Below are positions 49,886 to 61,454 of a DNA stretch of 64,000 nucleotides, one piece after another. A program made the translations under genes and the position numbers. The stretch is from positions 143,034,001 through 143,098,000 of the forward strand of contig OZ024741.1 in the NCBI GenBank assembly GCA_964016885.1, read 5' to 3'. The stretch comes from Eledone cirrhosa. Taxonomy: Eukaryota. The notes beneath the pieces were generated by a model, which was not told the DNA's origin, did no database searches, and was given only the letters and a program-made list of their open reading frames with translations. Every line of letters starts with the position of its first letter. Position 1 is the stretch's first letter.

Positions 49886-50619
49886 TTTGTGACAGTTATG
49901 CACAACTAGCTGCTCAAATATTCACAATAATTTTCTCAACACATGTGAAAACATTAACACATAGTATTAAAAGATTGTCAACACCACCTGGATTTGCTTT
50001 GACAAAAATGAAATTGGTGCTTTTTTGTAGAGTGAAATATCTATTTATAAAATATATGTATGATTATATAATGAGATATCCATGGTAATATAGAATGATA
50101 TATCTATTTATATTATATATACTAGCACCCTCCCGGCCTTTGCTCCGGTCTGTACTGTGTCCAAATCTATTCATAAAGCACCTATTGTCATTTGTCATAA
50201 TGTCCATTTTCCTTAGAATAAAAGATGTTGAAAGGTATTTAAACATGCACAACCGTTTAAATACAGAAAGTAATAAAGAAAATAACAGAAAATTGTAGTC
50301 TACAAAAATTATAAAGCATTTACAGAACTCTATCTAGTATATACAATGTATTTAACTGTTTTCACACACACACACACACACACGTACATATTATCCTCTT
50401 CCTCCTCTGCATTTCTTTTTTTTAATGTTTTTCTATGTCAGAATGCTTTGTATGAGAGTACTTTTAGGTAGAATTCTACAACCAGACGACCATATGCCAC
50501 TGCTCACATTTTAAAAGCTTTTAACTGTGTGGTCCTCATCCACCCCCTGGTTCTATGAAACAAACAAAAAAAAAATCAATCACAATTTTATGTAAGAACA
50601 TTTGTTAAATTATCTTGCA

Positions 50620-50903
50620 AATAATTGTTTCTACTTTTGGCACAAGGCCAGCAATTATCCCAGTGCATTACTAACACTTTATTTTATTCACCCCGTAAGG
50701 ATGAAAGGCAAAGTTAACCTCAGCAGGATTTGAACTCAGATAGTGAAGGGCCGTAACTCTATGGCGCCCGACCCTCTACTAATACTGCTCCAAATAATTG
50801 TTTCTACGTTTGGCACAAGGCCAGCAATTATCCAGTGTATTACTGGTACTTTATTTTACCAACCTCGTAAGGATGAAAGGCAAAGTTAACCTCGGCGAGA
50901 TTT
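50620..50903 (-). mobile_element. Two tandem young Nin/Deu-type SINE copies
   Basis: Near-identical to 52677-52865; the second copy lacks its head. Confidence 0.9.
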
Positions 50904-51481
50904 CCAAATAATGTAAGTTAATTATATTTGTGATTAAGGTGATTTTCAACATGATTGGAAAATCACCTTTCATTAGAAATACTAGCAGAAAACCACCCTC
51001 AGGGTAGTTTTTTGCTAGCATGTGTAGTGTGCATATTGATATTATAAGCAAATATTCATGCATGTAGATATGATACATCAAATCAAATCGTAATTGACAA
51101 TATGCTCAGAAATTGAACGATGTCTATGTTACACTCTCTTCTGTAATCAGTAAAGTAATCCATGATACATTAAAGAAAAGACGATATTATATATATATAA
51201 ACTGCATATATAATAAACTAAAATTTTATGAAAACGAAAAAGTAGAAAATTAACAACCTAAATATAAACCTTATACAACGATGTAAATATATGAACGTTT
51301 ATATAAGCGATGTAATAAGTGTTATAATATAACGGACGCTAACCGGAAGTGTTGACATTTGAAAATTTTAAAGTGAATCTTAAAACAAGCAATATTTTAT
51401 GTATAAGAATATTTATGTTTAATCAAGAGCTATGAAATTTAGTAGATAAATTACATAATATTCATTCATTATTTATTCCAA

Positions 51482-51655
51482 GCGGTGGATGGGTCGGACG
51501 CCATGCTTTGACACAGAGTTACGGCCCTTGCCATTCTGAGTTCAAATCCCGCCGAGGTTAACTTTGTCTTTCATCCTTACGGGGTCGATAAAATAAAGTA
51601 CCAGTAAAACACTGGGTAATTGCTGGCCTTGTGCCAAAAGTAGAAACAATTATTT
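51482..51655 (+). mobile_element. Young Nin/Deu-type SINE, antisense to CDK12
   Basis: gagttcaaatcccgccgaggttaactttgtctttcatccttacggggtcgataaaataaagtaccag...gtagaaacaattatt. Confidence 0.92.
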
Positions 51656-52262
51656 ATTCAAAGTAATCCAACTTATTTTATTAACGGGATAAACAATTAT
51701 AAAACGGACGCTGTCCCGCACTCCTCCCTTTATTATATTATAGATGGTGACGAAAGAGTTAAAGCATGTCAGATGAAACTTTTAGACTCGTTTCTAATCT
51801 TAGTTGATGGATCTGAGATCAATGTTGTAGACAGAGAATGTTTTCAGTGACACACAGAATCAACATGACTTGCAGCAAGTAACAATAGTGTTCCTGCTTT
51901 AGTAAATCAGCCACACCTATTTACTGCATGGGTAGGGCAGTATATTTGCTAGAGCAACATGTTTTTACAGTGATGATACTCTTCCAACAATTGAACTGTG
52001 AACTAGGGTGTGAAATAGGAGCTATGTTTGTTACTAGATAGATTAGGAAGGAAGGAAGGTGAATAGGTAGCTAAATAAATGAGTACATAGATATACAGGT
52101 GGGAGGATAGACAGATAATAAAATATTATACAACGAAGGTTTTAAAGGAGAATTATACTGTTTTATTAGTTTTACGTATGACTCACCAAATTTAGAAAAT
52201 ATCTATAGATAGGGATGATTAAAAGTTTTTTAAAATCTATATATACATGTACGTGTCTGTGT

Positions 52263-52316
<54 letters not shown>

Positions 52317-52676
52317 TTCAATACTAATATTTATAATTTTAGTTGAGCTGACTTATGAGCCAAAGGGGGAGCTAATTTTAACATTCCTGTTGGCCTTGCC
52401 TGTACCCTTCTGCTTAGGTGACATTATAAATGTGCTTTCATAGTTTGTGATTTGATGGCATAACTATGTGTATATATTAAGATGTTGGCAACTGAGGATG
52501 TGCCTAACATCCTAACGATGCTTTTTCCCTAATAATGGTAATCTCTATTATTTCTTGTCGGCTCAAAACAGATCTGTATAGGCCTTAGGAATTGGTATTT
52601 GCCATCTTAATGTCAGTTCATTGCATACCTTCTCACTTTTCTTTTACTTTAATATCTATATATCCACGTTTGTCTA

Positions 52677-52865
52677 AATAATTGTTTCTACATTTGGCAC
52701 AAGGCCAGCAATTATCCCAGTGTATTACTGGTACTTTATTTTATCGACCCCGTAAGGATGAAAGGCAAAGTTAACCTTGGCGGGATTTGAACTCAGAATG
52801 GGAAGGGCCGTAACTTTTTGCTGCAAAGTATGGCGTCCGACCTTCTACCGATACTGCCATCCACC
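52677..52865 (-). mobile_element. Young full-length Nin/Deu-type SINE, sense to CDK12
   Basis: Minus strand has A-box TGGCAGTATCGG, B-box GAGTTCAAATCC, core CCTTTCATCCTTACGGGGTCGATAAAATAAAGTACCAG (resembles the conserved Nin/Deu domain) and an ATT tail. Confidence 0.92.
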
Positions 52866-53869
52866 GTAAATAATAACTGATGTGTACACTCTAACCAGTT
52901 CTTTTCACAATTGTTTGTCATCAACAAATTGCCAGACAATATGATTGATATTATTTTGTACTGATCAAAATTGATCTTGTTTCTATATATAAATATACAC
53001 ACACACACACACACTACTCCACCCTTTAAAGCCCTTATATATCCTCACCATTGCACTCTAGTAGCTACTCTCTACTCCAAGTTCATCCCTCATCTAACTC
53101 CCCAATATGCCCCCCCCCCCACCATTACACCCCCTCTCCTCATACACTCATCAGCTACTTCTACCCCTTATCTCTTCACCATGCCCCCCCCCCTACTGAC
53201 CACATCCTCTCTCTTCCCATACACCAATAACTCTCTACCTCATACTCATCACTCTGCCAAGTCATCACATATACCTATAACTATATACCCACCTCTCTAC
53301 TCTATTTCTCTCATCCTCAGAGCAGAGAGGGCTCTACAGTTGGATCTACGACAACAACCTCTCTAGTGACAGTGCCACAAAAATACACCCAGTACACTCT
53401 GTAAAGGTGGTTGACGACGGGAAGGGCACCATGCCTAAAAGACACAATAACCTCTCTAGTGTTGGTGATCTACATGAGAAACGCACCCAGTATATACTGT
53501 AAAGTGGTTTGTAATAGGAAAGGCATTTAGCTGTAGAAAGCTTGCCAAACAAAGGGTTGGGGGAGGGGTGTCCTTCAGTTTGTGTCAAAAGACACAACAA
53601 CTTTTCTGCACTCGATATAACATATCACCATACATAAGCGAGATGCAGACCCCTCGCCCTGTCTAGGTGATCAGTAGCCCTGCTTCAGTACTGATCCTTG
53701 CTAGCAGGGAGTGGATCTTAAATGATGATGATGATGATAACACACACACACACTCACATATATATTTACTGTATATTTGAGCGTATCTGTGCATGTATGT
53801 ATGTCGCTGGATCCGAAACGGTGCATCCTAGAGCAATGTTGTCCAAGGGAAAAGCAATGACCAATAGAG

Positions 53870-54020
53870 CTTGGCACTAGTGATGTCGCAACTCATTTCT
53901 TACAGCTGAGTGAATTGGAGAAATGAGAAATAAAGTGTCTTCCTTTAGGACATAATGCATCACCTACAACCTCTCAATTGCAAGCTTAACACTCTAACCA
54001 CTAAGCCATGTGCCTTCTCA
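53870..54020 (-). mobile_element. tRNA/CORE-type SINE fragment
   Basis: caactcatttcttacagctgagtgaattggag...aaagtgtctt...ctaaccactaagccatgtgcc. Confidence 0.7.
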
Positions 54021-54023
54021 TGT

Positions 54024-54120
54024 ATGAATATGGCCTTTAAAATGGTCGTAAATTGGTAAAAAAAAATCATTACAATGATTTTTAAAACCAATTTCTGACC
54101 ATTTTGAAGGTCATATTCAT
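54024..54120. repeat. Fold-back palindrome, arms ~47 bp
   Basis: atgaatatggcctttaaaatggtcgtaaattggt...aatcatt AC aatgatt...accaatttctgaccattttgaaggtcatattcat. Confidence 0.92.
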
Positions 54121-54364
54121 TCAAAACATAATCAATAGGAAATATGAATATAGTTATTAAACAAAAACTATACTCTAAACGAGACTTTAAATATCAAAAT
54201 ACTAAAACTACATAAATATATTCCCCACTCATGAAAATTTCAAAACTGCACCATCTAAACACAATGTATTGATTACCTGCTCCGATTTAGAAATGGGGTT
54301 TGGATTTTTGTCTATTTCTCAGACATAAAATAGGGGTTAGCTTATATTCGAATATATGCAATAC

Positions 54365-55608
54365 ATGATCTATGGCAGAACTAGAGAAGAAATTCTAAAC
54401 ATGGGAGCAGGGACTAGAAAAAAGGGGTCTCAAAGTCAACCTGACAAAGACTAAGCTCTTCGTAAGTAGATGAGAAAACAGAACCCAGATCCCCTCAGGG
54501 AAATGACCTTGCTCAGTATGTAGGAAAGGTGTAGGTAGGCATTCCATCTTCTGCCCCAAATGTAAACTATGGGTACACAAGAGATGTAGTGGGATCACAG
54601 GAAGCTTAGTTAAGAATGTCAGCTTTACATGTAGCAGCTGCACCGGGACAGTAAGTAGCAAACAGCCACAGGAAACAAGCAGTACCAAACTCTGAGAGGG
54701 CTCTTTAGAAACAGTAGACAGCTTCTGCCAACTAGGTGACCGAATTAGTAGCGGAGGAGAGTGTTCTGAAAGTACAATAACCAGGGTAAGAATGGGATGG
54801 AAGAAGTTCAGGGAGCTACTACCACTGCTAGCTGCAAAAGGATTTTCCCTCAAAATCAAAGGCAGACTGTATGATACGTGCATACGAACAGCAATATTAC
54901 ATGGTAATGAGACCTGGGCGCTGTGTGTAGAAGACTTGCGTAGATTAAAAAGAAACAAAGCCTGCATGCTCCAATGGATGTATAATAGTAATATACGTGA
55001 ACAGCAAAGCATAAACGAAATGAGAGAGAGACTGAGCATAAGAGGAATCAAATGCTGTGTGCAGGAGAGGAGGCTGCGTTGGTATGGACATGTGATGCGT
55101 ATGAAGGATGACAGCTGCATAAAAAGGTGCAGAGCACCCAACTCCAATGGAAAGCATTGGAGTTGGGTGACCCAAGAAGACCTGGGATGAAGTGATAAAA
55201 GCTGACCATGCCCAATTGCACCTCTCAAAGGCAATGGCACAGGACCGAAACCTCTGGCGTTACGCAGTAATACAGAAGATCCGAGTTCCTACGGGTGCAA
55301 GCTGAAGCATATAGACAATATGCCCCCACCCCCTCTCACTGTTAAGTGGTCGTGGAGGTGTCACAACAAAAAAGCACCCAGCCCACACTGTAAAGTGGTT
55401 GTGTAGGCTCCATGATAATAAGCACCCAGTATTCACTGTAAATGAGGTTGGTGTTAGAAAGGGCATCCAGTTGTAGAAATCAAGCCAAAATCAGTTCTGT
55501 ATGAGCAAGACATGGTCACCTGACCTGGCATTGCACACAACAGGACAACCTGTCTAATCCATGCTAGCGTGGAAGAATGGGCATAAAACGGTGATGATGA
55601 TGATGATG
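54365..55608 (+). mobile_element. RTE LINE 3' part with PHD insertion and 3'UTR
   Basis: GLKVNLTKTK, CSVCRKG...CPKC...HKRC...CSSC, WKKFRELLPLL, RRLRWYGHV and a (GAT)n end. Confidence 0.93.
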
Positions 55609-55652
<44 letters not shown>

Positions 55653-55996
55653 TATTAATCAAAACAAAAACAATGTAGGTGAGGGGTTGTGTCATGTTTC
55701 CTCTCTTGATATCAAACAGACCCTGGTACTATAATACACTTCTAAATCCTATTAATTTGCCACTGCTATACACACCCTCCTACCCTCTCAATTATTCTTC
55801 CCATTATATCTCACATTCAGACTGATTTCAATGTTTAACCAAAATTTCAGAAGAGGAATTTCAAAACTGGTGCCTGAAGATTTCAAACCCTATTTTCAAG
55901 AAGAAACTTCTATTTAGTCCATGAATAAATAAATAAATGCTGTTGATTATTTAGTAGTAGATTGAGGACAGATGATTAATTTTATGAAAACTCATT

Positions 55997-56262
55997 TTAA
56001 ACCCATTCATTACCATATTTTCAAATGAAAGACACTGCCTGTGATTTTCAAATACATTTGAAAATAATGAAGAATTTAGAGTGATTTAATAAAATAACTA
56101 ATGTTCTCATTATAAAGCTGGAGTTTGGAATATAGCTTAACAAAGGTTCTGCCATAAAATTATGATGGAATGTTTTTCAATAAATATAAAAACTTTAAAA
56201 TAAAAATCTTACTATTGCAGAACCACGGGCAGTCTCAGGCAGTTTTGTATGAAAACATTTAA
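55997..56262. mobile_element. TTAA-flanked MITE of the same family as 9829-10194 and 42980-43164
   Basis: ttaaacccattcattacc...gtatgaaaacatttaa with shared internal motifs. Confidence 0.6.
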
Positions 56263-56999
56263 CCAATAAATTTAGTAGGTTATGATATTAGTCAAAATGG
56301 TGTCAACAGCAATTATTTGATATTGAAATGTTTGATAGAAACAATGCATCTCTATATACACAAACAATCTTGTTTCATCTTATTTGTAAAGCCCAATCTT
56401 CTTTGAGAAACAGATATACATTGATTTAGAAAGAAAAAACAAATTACACAAAACATGAGAAGAATTTGCTGTAAAACCAAGGCACTAGAAATTTATATTG
56501 AAATATAGTGTTTATTTCTTATAAAAGTCCATGAATTTTTATATTTTAATGAAACTGCAATGCCTATTCTCAAATTTGCATGCAACCACACACGTGTGTG
56601 TGTGAATATGACAAGAATGACTTAATACAACGAAAAAAGCAAAATGGTTGGAGATCCAGCCAGATTATTTGGAGAGAGAGTTGCTTTTGATAGGACCCTC
56701 TGGAAGGCATGTCTGAGGACTGAGACATGAGCCTCCCAGAAATAAGTGGGAGGACAAGAAGAAGGTAATGATGAAGCAGGTCTATGATACAAGTAGCTCC
56801 AGCTGGGACTATCCAGCTTTTCTTCTTTTAGACATATGTATCTATATATTATTGATTATTGTTCTGATTATTTCACAATCAGAACAGTATTTACCACTAA
56901 AGGGACTGTAACTTTCTTGGATTTCATGATCTTAACTCTTTCATTACTGTATTTCTATAATTTTTAAATTAGAAAATGAATTGTAGCTGTTATTCAAAG

Positions 57000-57395
57000 G
57001 GCAAGCTTTGACACACTGTCATTATGCAGCTGCCATATTCCATATACATCACGTGTCGATACCAACACAGTTTTCTCTCTTGCAGACTTCATTCAATTCC
57101 TCTTATGCTGAGTGTTTTTCTGAATTCGCTTATGCTACATCATTCATGCATAGTAATATTACAGACCCATTGGAGAATACTGGCTTTGTTTCTTTCTGGC
57201 CTTCTCAGGCCTCCTGGAGTTAAGGCCCATGTAGCATTGCAGTTCGCATGCAGGCATCTTCACTCTGAAAGAGAAGCCCTTTGTTGTCAGTAGAGGTAAC
57301 AGCTTTCTAAATTTCCTCCGACCTCTTCTTATCTTGGCTATCACACATTCAGAACATGCTCCCTCACTGCTAATTCAGTCACCTAGGTAACAAAA
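57000..57395 (-). mobile_element. Degenerate RTE fragment (thumb and C-terminal region)
   Basis: KFRKLLPLLTTKGFSFRVK in the ORF track, preceded by a YLGD remnant. Confidence 0.8.
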
Positions 57396-57396
57396 G

Positions 57397-57429
<33 letters not shown>

Positions 57430-57508
57430 CACACACGCACACACATGCTCAATACATATATATAATCAACAAAAACAAAAAGAATAAAAGAGGCCATAAA
57501 ATACATAC

Positions 57509-58189
57509 CATGGTGGTGAATGTTCCGGAGAGTCAGATTCACTCTCAATTTCTTCTACAGGTAATACTTGCGGGAGAGGTAGTCTTTTCATTACCTGTTT
57601 TCTATCTGGCTCAGGGGTTGGTATTTTGGGCTCAGGTTTCACCTCTGGGGACAAAGGCTCAGCAGGAATAGGAGTCAACTCCTCTTTACATTCCACCTCA
57701 TGTTCTTCACAAAAAACCTCAGGCTTACTAGGCGGAGTCTCTGGTTTAATAATTTTTTCTTCTTCACACTTATCTTTAGAATGATCTGATTTAGGAGTGG
57801 GAACTTCAGATTCCCCTTTAACTGAAGGGGTCCTATGTGAATCAGATGAAGGTGAACGTGATGGAGTCCTTTCTGCTATTTCTATTGTCTCTTGTGGTGA
57901 GTCTTTTGTCATTTTTCTGTTTCTAGGCACATACTGACTAGACTTACTCGCTTCACGAGCCTTTACTTTACTTAATTCAGCCCCTAAACTGTTAAAATAT
58001 TTTACACTAGAATAACTAATTTTGGTGCCAGCTACTAAAGACCGACCCCTGGAATGACTGCGAGACCTTGTTCTTCTCCATGTGTAGTGGCGACCACGGC
58101 TGCGAGAGCGCGATCGACTACGGTGCGTCCATTTCTGTACATATGGACTGGGACTTCGACTTTTTGACTTTCTTAAACGATATCGAGGT
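57509..58189 (-). CDS. CDK12: CDK12/13 exon A: RS-rich segment, SLGAELS motif and Pro/Glu-rich linker
   Basis: Acceptor tttcttttcAG (58190-58191), donor GTATGT (57508). Open frame PRYRLRKSKSRSPSPY...RSRSRSRSRGR...SLGAELSKVK...SDSPEHSPP. 681 nt, phase 2-2. Confidence 0.9.
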
Positions 58190-58904
58190 CTGAAAAGAAA
58201 TAAAATAAAATTAAATAAGTTATTAAAATGGAAAACATTAAGTTTAAATTTTAAAACGTTTTTGTTTTTATTTTTTTAACCCAATACTTCAAATTGTAAC
58301 AATACAATCTAACAATGGTATTTGAAGTCAGAACATAGAAAGTCATAACTAAATACTGCAAAGCATTTTGTTCAACACTGTACTGATACTGCCAGTTCAC
58401 TGCCCTCCAAATTGTAGTAATTGTGCTCTTTTAAACTCCGACTATGAACCAATACTAAAAAGTTCTTGGAATGAAAAATCAAAACAGATTTTAAGAGTTT
58501 TTTTAGACTGGTTAATTTATGAATAAAACACTTTTGAAATAATTATATCGACATGTTTTAAAAAATGCCTCGAAAATAATATAATAGCGTAATAGTATTT
58601 TTCATCTCTGTGTGAAGAAGTTTATTTTGCAACCATGTCATATTGTGTTTAATCCTCTTTGGCACACACACAAGTTAGCACAGCTATAGACTTACAATCA
58701 ACAGTCTCTGTAAACAAACACAAACTTTTTCTCTCAGCTTCATACCAATAAATAATAAGTAAGAAAACCACATTGCCATCACTAGAAGTAAAACGGATAT
58801 AAAACTCACAAAAAGACTTCATCACTGTCAGAAAAGGAACTTTGAAGTCACTGTTACCTTTTCTTCAGAAAATAAATATTTATATTCATATCCATACATA
58901 TTCT

Positions 58905-59215
58905 TTTACTTGTTTCAGTCATTAGACTGCATCTATCCTCTGGCACCGCCTTGACTTTTTCAATCATATCGACCCCAATAATTATTTTTTCAAGTCTGAT
59001 ACTTATTTTAGCAATTTCCTTTTTGTCAAACTGTTAAGTTAAGGGACATAAATACATAGACACACACGCTCATATATGTACACACCAGGCTTCTGCAGTT
59101 TCCGCCTACAAAATTCCACTCACAAGGCTATAGCAGAAGACCATGATACCATGCAGTGGAATTAAGCTCTGAACCAACAGGTTATGAAGGGAACTCCTTA
59201 ACCACTCAGCCATGC
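58905..59215 (-). mobile_element. Old SINE of a third family
   Basis: ttacttgtttcagtcattagactgc...cagtttccgcctacaaaattccactcacaaggctatagcagaagac...cttaaccactcagccatgc; resembles an abundant octopus SINE as I recall it. Confidence 0.65.
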
Positions 59216-59750
59216 TAATGCATATATATATATAAACATACACACACACACACTTTTAATAAAGATATTTTCTAAAACTAGAAAAAAACACAATGTTTTA
59301 TGTAAGTTCATCTTTTAGTTTTTTTTGCTCTCTGTGGAGCATTGGGTAATGAGATCTCCATTCTATACAGTTGTAAACCTTGTCACATGTCTGCTTCCAG
59401 ATCAGGTATCTGCTCATTGTTTCTGTAGCAATTTTGGATTAATGGAGGCAAAGTTGCTAGCGTCGCACTTCATCCCTTCTTACTTCTTAACACAGGCCAA
59501 ACACTAACCTAGCATTTCAAAGTCAATGGGTAGAGGGGTGTCCATAACCTTAGATGTGGGGCTCAATTCACTATTTTCAAAGAAACATTAGATAATGCTT
59601 TGTTTAATATTGAAATAAAATTTCTTTAAATCCTTTCATTCTACTTTCAATGAGACAGTGGGTAACGCTGCATCTAGTTTTGAAATAATGTTTCTTTAAA
59701 TCCTGAATAATGGTATGCCCAATATTCAAATAATGTTTCTTCAAATCTGA

Positions 59751-59926
59751 TGGCAGTATTGGTAGAGGGTCAGACATGCTTTCCAACGTAGTTATGTCCC
59801 TTTACGATCCGAGTTCAAATCCCGCCAAGGTTAACTTTGCCTTTCATCTTACGGGGTCGATAAAATAAAGTACCAGTAATGTACTGGGTATTTGCTGGCC
59901 TTGTGCCAAAAGTAGAAACAATTATT
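59751..59926 (+). mobile_element. Young Nin/Deu-type SINE, antisense to CDK12
   Basis: tggcagtattggtagagggtc...gagttcaaatcccgccaaggttaactttgcctttcatcttacggggtcgataaaataaagtaccag. Confidence 0.92.
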
Positions 59927-60054
59927 ACACTCTCAGGTTTAGTAGATTGGGTAAGTGTCTTCTGCTGTACACTCAGATTGACTAATGCATTATGAACGAA
60001 GATGGTAGATAAACACTGAGGAAGCCTCTTGCAATATATATATATATATATATA

Positions 60055-60509
60055 CTAGCAGAGGTATCCGGCGTTGCTCGAGTATTAAATAGCAGTTGTG
60101 TATACCATTTATGTCAATACTTCAGTGCTACTTCGAAAACTATACTTTTACAAAATCATCGTTTTTTTCCAAAAGAGGGTTCCTGCCCCCAGGGGTCCCA
60201 TACTCAATATGTGCCAATTCTGAGAGTTCACATTCATCTGTAGGACAAACGTAGCCGATGTGTCAAGTTTTGTGAAAATCGGTTGCGAACTCCAGAAGTT
60301 ATGACGTTTTGTTGCATTGCACTGCAGTTCTTCAGTCGACTCCAAGGAAGTGGTTAAAGGGGGTTATCTGCCGGGAGGCCCTATAATCAATATCTGGAAA
60401 AATGAAAGTGCCTATGACCATCCGGAGAATATAAGTAACCTATATCTTAAGTTTGGTGAAAATACTGTAGAAATGCATAAGGTTTAGACACTCACGCGCG
60501 CGCGCGCGT

Positions 60510-60540
<31 letters not shown>

Positions 60541-61117
60541 GGGTTATGTATGTGTATGTCCGTCGGGGCATACGTATGTACTGGCCTAAATCTTCACTAT
60601 TTACTTTTACTATTTTAATAACCTCTGTCATTTTCGTTTTAAATTTTATTTACATCATTCTTAAACTCCAGGGCTGGAAATCATTCTGTTATGTTAAATA
60701 GAATATTAGTCTAATTCCATTTATACCATAAACTTGGTCTTGTCTTTGCATGAAATTGTTCTTCTTGCTCCACATAACGACGTATTATCCTCGCTTTTTT
60801 TCCCGTTCATTGCCAGGGAATGTCTTCACGAACCAAAATATCGTCTTCCTGTTTTCGTTCGGTTGGAACGTTTCTCGAAATATTTACTTCTGCGTTCACA
60901 GATTACTCTCAGTTCAATTTGAATGGGAAATTCCTGTTTCATCGATTTTCTCCGTAACCATGGAAGCTTGTACCCTAAAAGTCGACCCAACGCCTCCTCG
61001 GGTCATTCTGCATAACTGTGTAAATTTTCGCTGTATTCCACCAAGCCGTTTCGACGTTTATCCCACTACACTTACTTAAATATACAAAGTCCGACCACTT
61101 CCAATTTATATAGTAGA
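60055..61117 (-). mobile_element. Non-autonomous Helitron
   Basis: Minus-strand 5' end A|TCTACTATATAAA (61117); 3' end has the GC-rich imperfect hairpin CTCGAGCAACGCCGG followed by GCTAG|T (60055). A|T insertion site with no TSD. Confidence 0.78.
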
Positions 61118-61454
61118 TATATATGCTTTTATATCAACACCATTTAAAGCAAGAGGTGACATTCATCTATTTTCTACATAAATATGTCCTGCAGCTTAGC
61201 AGTTTGACATGTCAGCTGTATATACCATAGTTAAAAATAAAGTATAGAATGACATAAGAAAGGGCATCTGACTGGAAAAACCACCATAGAAAAGGTCCTG
61301 TCTAATTCATGCCAGCATGGAAAATTGGACATAAAACCTATAAAATGATGATGATGTCTGTGTGTTACAGCTCACAGCTTAAGTATGTCTAGGTGGCCTT
61401 CCACTTGGTTGCATTTCATAATAGGCTTCTTGTCTGATTTTATTTGACTTTTGC

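Larger units (their letters stand above)
50122..51744 (-). mobile_element. Probable non-autonomous Helitron with nested SINEs; pairing of the ends is uncertain
   Basis: Minus-strand 5' end A|TCTATAATATAATAAAG at 51744; 3' end CCGGAGCAAAGGCCGG...GCTAG|T at 50122. An alternative CTAG end lies at 50982. Confidence 0.5.
29134..58189 (-). other. CDK12: CDK12/CDK13-family gene span, 5'-incomplete, 9 coding exons visible
   Basis: Manual exon joining: 681+204+137+171+190+162+195+132+1786 nt; all introns GT-AG with matching phases (2,2,1,1,2,2,2,2). The product has RS repeats, [50 protein letters not shown] and DCHEMW. Invertebrates usually have a single CDK12/13 gene, so the symbol is nominal. Confidence 0.96.

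Noticed and set aside
54395-55240. 281-aa minus-strand ORF
   Set aside because: Antisense shadow of the plus-strand RTE; similar shadows occur at 34045-34809 and 38780-39139.
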